Assembly: GCA_028534125.1 (NCBI GenBank)
Contig: CM052816.1
Span: forward strand, 34,660,001 to 34,724,000
DNA length: 64,000 bases
Reading direction: 5' to 3'
DNA from: Lama glama
Taxonomy: Eukaryota
This document shows, piece by piece, positions 1-12,087 of the stretch. Both the position numbers and the translations under genes were made by a program. The first letter of the stretch is position 1. Each line of letters opens with the position of its first letter. The notes beneath the pieces were generated by a model. That model was given only the letters and a program-made list of their open reading frames with translations. It searched no databases and was not told the origin of the DNA.

Positions 1-3000
1 TAGCATCAAAGTTGGGAAACTGTAAGGTAGTTTAGGTTTTTGCCCAGAGTGACAGAAGTGAGGGCAGGGGAATCCGGCAACCCTACGAAGCATGTCTGTG
101 GAACTCTACCAGATGGAAGAAATGCTGGAGCACTTCTGGAGGCTGCTAAAGACCTAGAAGTTCACCCCCACTGCAGGACAGGGACAACTTAAGTTAAGTC
201 TGATTTCTCCATAGCTTAGCTTTGTTCCTTCAGGCCCATTTTCTCATGTAGATCCTTACGTGAGATATGTAACATGGTGATCCATGAATATGGGTCAGTG
301 GATCACAGTGGTCTGCATTTTGCTGAGACTATATCCCTAAAATTGTTAAAGGATGGTTTGGATAGAGAGCAGGAGCTAAGTTCAGGGGGCGAGAAACTTG
401 CTGGGAGAGAATGTAAACAGAAAACAGAGTGGGGAAAACACCACAGCTTCGTGAATCTTGCATCATAATTTTACCTGGGGCTGGTGAAATATGCACATTT
501 TGAGCTATCAGCAGATAGAAAGTGGTAATGCTAATAAAACCAGGTCAAAAAATAAAGTAAGGTAACTTGGAAGGATTTCTTACCTCCTATCTTTTCTAAT
601 AACCCTGCAAAAGACATTTGATGGCAAATAAAAGTTCACAGCTGTTATGGCTCCCATAGAGATTAAAGGCTAGTCTGGCAGTACTCTGCAGTACTTAGCA
701 GCATGTGTGAGATTACTCATGGAAATGCTTCTCATTTTGTGCATTTTATTTATTTTTTATTTTTTTAAACTATGGTATGAGACTGAATTCTTTCTAGATG
801 CAGAGAAGTGAAGCTCCGGATTGCTTTCCAGTGATAGTACAAAATTTTCTGCCCACTTAAGGAAGGAAAAACTTTGCAAGTGATGTTTGGTACTACATCA
901 GAGTACCTGAAGACCTGCTTAATTGGAAATTATTTATGTAATGCTTGAAGGTGTTTGATAATCAGAAAATGTTACAAATCCATAATGAGAAACTGGTCAA
1001 GTGAGTTGAGGTGAAAATGTATTTACTTCATTTATTAATGCAGAATGTATAAACAAGACTCAGTACTTTAATACTTTTACTTGATAAATAATGACTGAAA
1101 AAAACCCCAACAATCTGGATATGATTGGATTTCACCCTAGTCACCTCAAGGATGATCCCATGTCTGTAACAGAAACTAAAAAGATGGTGGTGAAGAAAGA
1201 AAAGTTCAGTTTCACTGTGACATTAATGGTCCCAATATTTCAGTACAATAGTTTATCACTATCTGTTTGCCAGTAATATCCACATAATGTTCAACTGGTT
1301 AAATAATACAGCTAATGTGTACAGGCTTTGCTGAAACAATACATTGTAGGAAATTTTGGGTAAACTGATGACTTCTAAAATAATGCCTTGAATAATAAAT
1401 TCATCTGCAAGAAAGTATATGTGAATATACTTCAGTGCATAACCCTGTCCATTTTCTAATTTTTAATTATAGGACTCTCTTTCCTTTTCCGTCTTCCTAT
1501 CATTGGGAATTACAGTTTGACAATATAACAAATGGACATCAGAATTTAGTAGGTACTTCTTTTAGAAGCTAGATTTTTCTCTTCTTCATAGATTTATTGC
1601 TAAACCATCCCCAACTCTTACCCCAAATGACATTGAGTTTCAATACTTAAATAAACTAAGTTCATAATTAAAATTAGAATAAAAACCCCTACACTAAAGA
1701 ATCAGAAACCTACAAAAAATATAGCTCAACAAATTAACTCTAGGTCTATCTTAACTCTTTTCCCAATTTTTGCTTCCTTTAAATTATAAAATCAATATAA
1801 AACCAATATTAAAGAAAAAATTGAAAAACTTTAAAAAAAATTAACTGTCATCTTGGATGCCAACAAAATTATTTTCAACTGTGCATTTGCTACTATATTC
1901 CTCAGTCCGAGGTATATACGTTTCACATAGTTGCAATTAAAACACATACTCAAATTGTATTACTTTGATTATATTCTTCAATGTTTGTTAGTAGTTATTT
2001 GTTGTTTTTTTCATTACTGAATATCCAATAAGTACCCCAAACAGTGCATAGCATATAGTAGGTGTCATAAGTAAATACTTTCATAAAAGGTGGCAGAAAT
2101 GTCAAAGTGCCCATATGCTCTTAAAAAGGCAGTATGTACTATGTTTTATACCAAACTAGATCCCCTCAGGTTCCAGGTTGAGCAGAGCAGCAGTTGTTTG
2201 GGAGACAAAGTGTGAGATAATGAATCACTCTATCCTTTTCACTTTTCTTCTGAATTGTTTCAAGTCTCTTAGGCAGGATGCCCCAGCCTCAGGCCTGAAA
2301 TGAGCTTTGAGTTCCACTAGTATGACCTTGGACTTGTTGAAGACTGTGCATGCCATTGACCTCTATGATTCCAGAGGGACAGTTCCAGATTGCAGTTCCT
2401 TTGCAACTAGTTTTTGCTTTCCTCTGATAGTGAGATTAAATAGTCCACACTCTTGGTAGCTAAACAGGACAGTTGATGGGAGGGGCAGGTCACAGGTGAG
2501 GGCCAGCATAGCTAGGAGAAATCCATCCCATTTCAGTGTGCAATAGCATGGGAGATAAAGAAAGGCTTCACCTGAATTCACCTGGGCCACAGTTTCCCAT
2601 TGTTAATGTAACTCTCTTCTTCAAGGTGGTCCCCTGTGGAGGCTGCCCAAATTCCAGGTGTATGAGTATACTATAGTCATGGACACAAGAACAGTTCTAT
2701 ACACTTTCTCCCCTTGCCTGGTTCACAGTTAAAGGTGTACATAATAAAGTTGATAAACTGTGCTGGTAACTTTCTGTTGGACAGAATAGCTCAAGAGCAT
2801 CTCAGATACCATCTTAATGGACCGACCAAATTCATGCAATCTTTCTTGGTTATTTAATGGAAAGAGCCTGGCTTATGGGACTTAAGTCACATGAATGAAT
2901 TTCTTAGTGTCTGAGTATCCCATCTTGGAAAATGGGGAGAGTAATTCCAACATTGCAGGGGTTTCTGAGTGTTAAATAAGACTATTGGAAGTAGTGTGAA

Positions 3001-4837
3001 TAGCATATGGTAGGCACTCAATCAGTCTGAGTTTTCCTTTCCTTTCTAGAGATTAGCTAAAGCCCTGGGACAATCTGATTCTTTAAGCACAACCCTTTGT
3101 TTTATTAGGGACAGTGGTCTTCTAGTTTTAAGATAATCATAGAAAATAGAAGTCTGCAACCATTTCAGAAATGTTAAAGGTTTTCAAGAAGTCTCTATTG
3201 ACCACTGTAACTTTGTAATTATATGAGATCAATTTGGAGACTTGACTCTCCTTACTACCCTGTTTGCAGCTGATCTAACAGAGCACTAGTTTCAACCAGA
3301 AGACAGATCCTAAGCTTTCCTTACACACAAAAAGCAGCCTGACAGCGAATCCCACTGAGCTCAGATTTTCACTGATAGAATTCAACTCTAGACATAAATT
3401 ACATGGTGCTTACAAGGCAAATGAACCACAATCTATCAAGATGGAATCACCAAGCTTGCACCTCACAGCCAAAATGGATGTGACTGAAACAAGTTTCTTT
3501 GCAGATTCTTATTTTGGACTCTGACATTTTCCGACAGTTTGTTTGAAAGATTCCTAAAGTAACTGAAAAGTAATTGTATTTTTTGGCAACATAGAAATCC
3601 TAGGAAAGTACTTAAAATGCAGCAGCTGCTGCATAGAAAGAGGAGACTGCTTGATTATAGATATTCTGCTAGAGAGTTAAAAGTATTTTTGTACACCGAA
3701 GAACTGCAACTTAATTATCTTACGTTAGACAATAACATCTTCTTTGGATTCAAGAGAATATGCTGATAATTTACCAGTCTACCAAAAATTCTTGACCAGT
3801 TTAGTCTTCACAGAATAAATAACATCAGGTCCTTAAGAAAAGGAGTAAGCATATGCAGTTATCAAACTGTTTGGTCCTTTCCTATCTGATAGGTGAAAAA
3901 TTGTATCAGCTATTCTGCCAGGCGTGAGCAGGTCCTCAGCGCTCCTCTCTGGCTTTCCTGTGAGTCTCTGTAGGAGGCAGGTGCTCGGATTGGCAACTGG
4001 CATCCTGGCAGCTGATGTGGGTTCCTTATCATGTCTGCAGCTACCCAGGGAGGCACTTATTACCACACCTCCTTCAGGTGGTGGTCCAGATGGTCTTCAC
4101 ACTGCTGCGTAGATCAGGGAAGGGCTGGAGACAGGACAGCAGTGGCTGGGTATGTGGTGTGGGCCCTGTTGTGTGTCAGGCTGTAAAAAGGAGGCCAGGT
4201 GCAGAAATGGGCCTCCTTTGTACTGTTTCCTCTCCTCCCCCCAGCATCTATTCACTGGGGAGTGTAGGGAACACTTCACTTTGGCTATGTGCTGCAGGAG
4301 GAGACAGACAGGCAGGCACCCTGCTTTAGCAACTTCAGGTCACTCTTTCCCATCACCAGTGCATAAACAGGTGGAAGACAATAACCTATAGAACTCTTTG
4401 GCAAAAGCATTGTTTATTGAATTACCTGTATTAAAATAATTTATCTGTTTTGCTGGACATGTGGCTCACTGACACACCCTTAAATCCCTGACATACCAAT
4501 TTCTTTTTTATTTTCTGAATTATTCTGAATTTTACTATAAAATTGATTATGCCCTTCATCAGGTGACACATCTTAGCAACCATTCTTTTGGCCTGACCAG
4601 AAATTATTTTTCTCCACATAGGAACTTATCAATAAATTTGATGAATTGCTTTAGCATTCATTCATTCATATGGTGAATGAATTATTGAATACCTATTCCA
4701 TTCCAGGCATTATGCTATGTGTCTAGGAGTGATAAAGAAAAATATAATGTTCATGTTCTCAAGATGCTTATAGTCTGGAGTGCATTTCCCAAAGTACGTT
4801 TCAGAGAAAACATGTTCCTGCAGTTGCTTCACTTCCT

Positions 4838-4870
4838 TCTCTCTCTAAGTCTCTCCCTCTCTCTCTCTCT
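4838..4870. repeat. Imperfect (TC)n microsatellite
   Basis: tctctctctaagtctctccctctctctctctct. Confidence 0.85.
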
Positions 4871-5899
4871 GATCAAACATATTTGGGAAATGCTATACAC
4901 AGGATACATCAACATATTAAAAGCTCTGGGTGTTTAGTGGTAAAGAATCCTATTTAATTTTAGTTAATTCAGGTAAAATTGGATATACATTTTGTTAATA
5001 CCTATTGACAGTCCAAGAAACTAGCATGTCTCAACCAACCAATGGAAGGTGCTTTTCCAAACATCTTTCCCATTCTGGTGGAGGAAGAATTTGAGGAAAA
5101 CCCTAAGATGTCAGATTTCCCAGGTAGGTTATTGAATTTGGAGTTTTAAAGGAGGGAATGTGTATTATATATTTGAGAGAGTTGTGTGTGAGTTCAAGTT
5201 ATGCATTATTATCATTTATATAATTACATATAAAAATTCTCACCTTTTACAAGAAAGGTTTAAAGGATCGTCACAACAGATCACCTTTCCTGGAAACTTT
5301 ATCCTTGTGCTTCAGTGGTTTCCTCCTAATTTTGTAAGTCTCCAAACACTGTAAAGTATCTGGGGCCTTTGTTGTAATTAACAAAATCTCAGGAAGATCA
5401 TATGTTTAGTTGCCTGGCATGAGTTGGAAGCAGACCTCCCCATCCTTTGAGGAAGGGGGGACAAGGCTTACTGTTTTCTAATGCCCTGACCTCATGGAGG
5501 GATTCCTGATAGCATCTGGCTCTGTCACTTTTCCTGCTTGAAATAGTCTTGAGCAGCTGCCCCTCACAGCAGGGTGGTTGCAAGTAACTGGCTGGGGATC
5601 CCTGTTGTAGATGACAGCTGCAGGGTGATTTTGGTCATAGCTGCCAAGAGGCAGAAGTTGAGTGGAAACATTATAGAATTTTCATTATTCATTGTGGCAG
5701 TATGTTCCTGGCCAAACAAAGAGGGCACTAGTTGAATGCAGGGGAGAAAATAATTGGATCATCCACTTTCTCAAAAGCCTCACTGATGCCCTTTCATTGC
5801 CAGAAAGTGGAACAAGCAAAACAAAACTGAAGACATGTGGAATATTTCCTCCCTGGCCTATTCTGCCTGTTTATATATCCTTGGCCAGAGAAGGTAAGT

Positions 5900-6150
5900 G
5901 CTGATAATACTGCTCCTACTACTAACACCTACCATTTATGGAATATTTACTAGGTACCAGACACCATCATCTGAAACCCTGATCTGAATTTCTCCTCCCA
6001 ACACACTGTGAGGTAGCTGCCTTTTTGTAAATGAAAAAAACTGAGTCATTGAGCAGTGTATAACTTGCCCATGGTTGTGTAGGTAGCAGCTTGTGAGACG
6101 GAGACTCAAACTAATACCAGCTCAAACTTACTGGAAAGTCCATGCTATTG
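5900..6150 (-). mobile_element. MIR
   Basis: ACCATTTATGGAATATTTACTAGGTACCAGACAC...TGTGAGGTAG...AAATGAAAAAAACTGAG...TAACTTGCCCA. Confidence 0.7.
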
Positions 6151-6983
6151 ACTGACAACTGGGTGAATTTATGAAGTACAAGAACGCAGCTGTTGTTTAA
6201 ATAGGCATGGCTCTTCCCAGCACTCTCATCAGATCACAGCAGTAGTACCAGGTGGTATTTCGAAGCAAAGGTGAACAATGAGAAACAAATTTAGTGATCG
6301 AATTCCATTTTTGAATGCTAAATTTCAGTGTAAAAACTGCCTCTTGGTAAGTAAAGCCAAAGATATTAAGTAATCTTTGTGGACATGAAAAGGACTACTC
6401 AATACGTCCCAATTTCATAGCTTCCTTTAAGGTAAAAGTGACTTGATTATTGTTTCTGTATCTCAAGCACCATCTTGTCCCCTCACTGCACTGACTGAAA
6501 TGAGGATCAATCAATCCCTAGTCCCCCATGGACAGGACAGGGTAAGGAATTGGAATATATATGTGATTTGGGCCTAAAGTTTGTGGAATACAGTCATTAT
6601 GCGATGCAGATCTTGGAAACGGTGTGATTCCCGTGGAAATGGAAAACCATGTGAGGAAATGCTGTCCGGGTTTCCATCCGTGTTGAAGGTGTTGTATTGG
6701 TGCTAAGAAGTGCATTTCTTAGGAGTGCTTTTATTGTCTGAACATATCTTAGGATTTTCTTTATGGCTGCTCAAAGATTTTCTTTTCCTTCTTTTGGAGA
6801 TTAAGAAGGGATTTTTATTTTTAAAGAGCTCAGTTCCAGTGTGAGAAATACAGTGATGCTCTGTTCTCTCACACAGCTCTCAGAGAAAAGAGAGATTGGA
6901 GACTATCTACTCATCTTCCAGCCACTAGAAACGGGTTGATGGAGGTATTGGAAGGTCTTTAGGGGACTTTTTGACTGAGAGAT

Positions 6984-7540
6984 TCTTACTGAACTCAGGT
7001 TCGGCTGCTCCCCACTCAAAAGCCAATAATTTGAGAGGCAAGTGTCAGAAGAAAGGAAAGGTACTTTACTCAGAAAAGCCGGAAATCTGGGGGAATGGTG
7101 GGCTCCTGTCCAGAGACCATCTCTCAAGATTCTGTTCAACCATGACTGTTTTTAAAGGGAAAAATGTGGGGAAGAATCTGAGTGAATCATCGAAGCAGAA
7201 GGTTGGTTCTGCATCATTATTCATTGTGTACAGACTGGCTGACTCTTTAGATGTTATCTTGCCCTATGATCTACCTGTAGGATTGCTAAGGGGCTTTTGA
7301 GGGTAGAGAGCGAATCATTCTTTAACTGCTTAGTTCTTCATTCTTCTTTTTTATCTAGGAAAAGAATCAACTGGTTAGACACGGCATGATGTGTATTCAG
7401 GAGCACATAAGTCTGGAGTTAGTTTCAATTGCTTGGTGATCTCATTCCTGTAATTAGGTTCTTTTGAGGTTAGAGGGGGACAGAAACGAGCAAACAGGAA
7501 AGGGGCAAAAGAGCTACTTTTAATTCCTCACTGTCAAACA
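6984..7540 (-). mobile_element. ERV1-class LTR
   Basis: Antisense U5-like end TTACTGAACTCAGGTTCGGCTGCTC...AAAGCCAATAA. AGTAAA signal on the minus strand near 7065. A purine-rich tract precedes the TG start at about 7540. Confidence 0.7.
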
Positions 7541-8680
7541 CTCCATTTCTACGGGATTAGAGGCAAAGCTCCATCTTCTGTAACATCTTCATGCTGATAT
7601 AGGGCGCTGTATGCTTGGAGTGTAAGATGTTGGCATGGGTCTGTAGCATCTCTTTGCTGACAATTTTAGTTGCCCACTTACATACACAGGCAAAGCAAGC
7701 TACAATTTTTTTGATGCCACAGACGTATTGATTATCGTGAGCAATAATGTTCATCCTATTCTCTTGAGGCCAGTCCTCGGAATTGTGTGAGCCACGGATT
7801 CAGTGCTGCTCAGGATGGAGCAGCTTTTGTCTTGTCCACAGTCTGGTCATCATACAGTTAACTTTCTCCTCTCATGGCAGTTATAGTACCTGTAAAACAA
7901 TTTAGGAACGTGCACTGGACAGAGTCTGTGACTCTATTGTCCTGATCATTAACTGCTCGGTTTTGTACTCAGGGCGGTGGGGGTGGAGGTGCAGTGCTGG
8001 AGCATTCTGCTTGGTTCCAAGATCAGAAATTACTTCTATGAAATTATGAGGTGAGGCGGTCGGTCCAGATGTAATTGTATTTTTCTCATCCGCACAGTTC
8101 TTACAGTTCATCCTGATTTCTTCATCAGCAAATTTTGACATAGAAGTTTCTTTTTCGATAAGGCTGAATGGTTGATGCTGTTGCTCACCATTCTCACTGC
8201 AGCCAGTGCTAAGGTTTGGTCAGTATTTGAGATAAACTTTTATTAGAGTGTTTCCATTACGATGTTTCAAGGCCATTGCGTCAAAGAATGAGACACATTC
8301 ATCTTGTTCTGATTTAATTGCCAAAAGGAGGGTTGGTTTTATACACTATAAAGCCACTTTCAGGGAGGATAGAGCTTCAAATCTATAGTTACAGGGTTTC
8401 ATTTTGTTGAAACCTTCAGTTTCTCCTAGCACTGCTGAAATTGTAATGCAGTTTCACTTTATGAGGCTCCTGCAATGGTGGCTACAGTCGCTGCCTGGTT
8501 TACTAAATTGACAATGACATGGACAATATGAAGTGCTGGGAGCCAGCTCAGCCAGCTTCACAGCAGCAGTTCACAGGATTTGCACGCCCTGCCTTAGAAG
8601 GCCGCTTCATAAAGGTTCGTGCTGCTGCCCAGGGAATTTCTCACTCCTCCTTGACCATGTTGCCTTTTTACCTAACAACA
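7541..8680 (-). mobile_element. Probable ERV1 internal (env-side) remnant attached to the LTR
   Basis: Contiguous with the LTR. CpG retention is higher than in the flanks. There is a degenerate hydrophobic, TM-like peptide near 7650-7775, and a GCAGCTT..GTC..CACAGTCTGGTCATCATACAGTTAACT motif like artiodactyl ERV1 sequences. Confidence 0.5.
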
Positions 8681-11600
8681 GCTCCCCAGGTCCCCCTCCC
8701 CCATTTACTGTGTCAGCCTTAAATCCTTGACAAGGTGCTCTGATGAACTAACCACCTCTATCTGCATCTCTTAAGCCTTTCCTCACTCTCTTAGCCCAGG
8801 CCAGCATCTTGTTGGCCACTTGGCAGAGGATAGATATCTACCAGGTGAAAAGAAGTCATTGTCCTAGCCATCTCTAATTCAGCCAGTGTGTTTACCTCTA
8901 GTTCTCCCCAGGCCCCATGGACTCTCAGAGAGGGGCTGAGCTGAGGCAGCCACTGCTGCCACCACTGCATGGACCTTGAGCACGATCCTGCTCCCTGACT
9001 GCACTGACTGAAATGAGATCAGTCAATCGCTAGGCCACTGAGTCACTGAAACAGAATTACCTTTTTTTCCCCCAGGAGAACTTTTCTCTTGAAGACAAAA
9101 GTGATGAGCAAACAAGTACCAAAGCACAGAACCTGCCAAGTTTAAGACCTTTGTCCTGGCCTTTTCTACTTCAGAATTGATGTTTCCTATCCAATGTTTC
9201 TAGCCACAGAGGTCATTTTCCTCAGATTATGAAAAAAGCCATACATCAGAATAATCAGTTCCACTCCTCTCCCAGGTTTCTCTTAGCACATTTCTAACAA
9301 GCACCCAGGAGAAACCCGTTCCAAATTCATCATTAATCATAAGATAGCAAAATTATGCATTCTACAAATATATCAGATGTTATTTCCATCTAGGTATTAA
9401 AAAGGGGATTCTTTTTTCCTATCTCCTCTAAACATGAGACTTCACATTTTGTTTCATTTAGCGTGGGTATGCTCACACTTTAAAGTTAGCTTTCTTCTAT
9501 CCTTTGCATCAACTGAAACCCCAACTCTTTCAGAAGATTTTCTTTGGTGTCAAGCCTGGCTCTAACTCCTCTTTATTGTACTCCAATTTGTTGGTCCCAG
9601 TAATGGAAGAACCTCTAAAGATGTCTGTCAGTTCTTACTTCATTCCTGTAGATAATCAAGGGGTCCATCATGTAATGCATATTTGTGTTCATGTATTTGA
9701 CCAAGGTTGTCCTCTCCTTAAAGACAAGGGCTGTGTGTATTTAACAGTCTAGAACCATGACATGTATAACTGGAAACTTTACTATTTAATGACAAGGATG
9801 TGGAGTTTAACAATTAGGAAGTACCTTGGTCATACTTGTAGTCAATTCTTCAGAATAATGTATATTTCTTTTTTGGGCACAATAGATTGACTCCAGGAAG
9901 TTAAGACATTTAGAGAGAATGCCATTTGGAAAAGGAAACATCAAAAGGGCTTCTAATGAGAATCTGTGTCAGATATATCCCTTTTATAAAGTTCCATAAT
10001 ATCTATACCTTTTTATGGCAAATATTACTTTGTATTTTAAATTATAGCTGAAGGTACAGACACAGGATGCCTGAGGGCAGGATTACTGTAGAAACCATCT
10101 TGATATATTCCTCATATTCACATAGGCACCAAGTCTCGCAAATATTAAGTACTCAGTGAACTTCTCCTGAATTAATGGAAATGCGGTGGGCTGTGGAGCT
10201 GGAATAGAAGGGGTGCTGATGGAACTGACCTTATGTGATATACTGTCTGTATAGTGGGTTTGGACACCCTTTCTACATGTCAGGGCCCCTTATTACACTC
10301 TTGTTCCCTTCATCCCCTCCCTCATCTCCATCTGAAGAATCATTTGAAAGCCTCAGGGTGTAAGAGAGCAGGACAGACCCCTCCCCCATATCTTCTGCAT
10401 CAAATGATGCATAGACAGAACTTAGAATATGATACTGGAGGAGTAAACAGGTAACATTATCCTTCAAACAGCTCTTCATAGAAGCTGATGTTAGGCACAT
10501 CAATACTTGGCTCCCTAAAAAGAGCCTGAAATGAAGTGGTCTTGTCACTATTAAGTCATTGGCTTTGGAAACCATGCAGATGAATAAGGGATAAGGATAT
10601 TTTTTTGATGAAATTGGGGCAAATTTTCCTCTATGTGGAAGATCAGAACAGTTTTTTCATGAAAAGTCACTCCTGAATCAGAATAAGAAAACCATTCTCT
10701 CAGCACAAACCCTTACTCATTTTCGGAGAGCAGGGAGAATAGGCAGGGAGACACTGAATTTCTCAAAAAATAAAATAAACCCTGCAAAGCCATAATAGTG
10801 TAAATTTCTCAAAAGGTAACTTTTAAGTATGTCTTTCTTTTATGTTTTAAGAAGTTTGAGTATGTGTCTTGATGTGCCTGCACTTGCATTTTTATTTCTG
10901 GGGGGAAGAATGTTGACCCTGACTTCTGTGTGCCTCTTCTCCTCTTCCCAGGATAACCTAGATAGGTAATCAGGAGCCCTGTCTCTGAGCTGACAGTTGG
11001 ATCATCCTCACCACTTTGTATCCATTCTGTTCAAACAAATGGACCATTAATTTGAAGCATGGTATTTTGGGAAGTTAAATAAATCTATGGGAGAGCACTT
11101 AAAATTAATGTTAAGAATTATTGTCAGAGGACCTATTTTCCTCCAACCAAAGTTTATACATCAGCAGACCATGCAAGTCATGATGGGGCATGAAGCCAGT
11201 TTCATGCTTTCAAACTTTAGTGCTAACAATAATCTTGAATTTTATGTTTATATACACATGCACTCTGCCCAGTTTGGCTGCTGTTTCCTAAAAAGCTGCT
11301 AAGTGTATGCCTGGCCAATGACTCTACGCATGGCCTGAAAAGAAAAGAAGCCTGGGCAGATAAAAGCTGTAGTCCCCAGAGTGAAAATTAACATTCAAAA
11401 ACCCTTTCTGACATCTACCTTTATAATTAAATCAAATATATTAGGGAAGGGAAGAACATTTTGTGGATGAATCCTTTGCTGTGTTGAGAATATCTTGCAT
11501 TCCTAAGAATAGGAGTTAGTTCAAAACCCTTGCATTTGGTGCCTCAATTTAAGCATAGAATTTACTTAACTCTTGTTGTCTTTAAAATTTCGTTTTCCTT

Positions 11601-11737
11601 AGAAGGGAACTTTTCAAACTAACTTAATTGTCCTTTCTTAGTTGACTCTTCTTAGCAATGGAAATGTAGTGGAAAAGTTTAGGGATGTCTCTGTTAATAT
11701 CAAATAATCAAAACAGACTTTCTTTTATCCATCTTTA

Positions 11738-12087
11738 TAGTGGTCCCTTGGTATCCATTGGGAACTGGTTCCAGGAGCCCTTCAGATGCCAAAATCTAAG
11801 GGTTCTCATAGCCCTCATATAAAATGGCATAGTATTTGCGTATAACCTATGCACATCTACCTGTATACTTTAAATCATCTTTAGATTATTTATAATACCT
11901 AATACAATGTAAATGCTATGTTAACAGTTATAAATACAATGTAAATACTATTGAAATAGTTGCTGGCATATGGCAAATTCCAGTTTTGCTTTTTGGAACT
12001 TTCTGGTAAAGTTTTTTTATACTTTAAATCCTCGGTTGGTTGACTCCAAAGATGTGGAACCCAAAGATATGGGGAGGGGGACCACTG
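11738..12087 (+). mobile_element. MER2/MER2B-like Tigger (TcMar) non-autonomous DNA transposon
   Basis: Terminal inverted repeats (t)AGTGGTCCC ... GGGACCACTG with TA TSD. Diagnostic internal sequence ATAAAATGGCATAGTATTTGC...TATACTTTAAATCATCT. Confidence 0.9.

Noticed and set aside
3617..3634. Perfect 18-bp palindrome ATGCAGCAGCTGCTGCAT around an E-box
   Set aside because: About 0.24 such palindromes are expected by chance in 64 kb (64000/4^9), and there is no other support.
3833..4391. Five overlapping ORFs in a GC-richer patch
   Set aside because: No recognisable protein, no poly(A)/TSD indicating a processed pseudogene, and no convincing exon boundaries.
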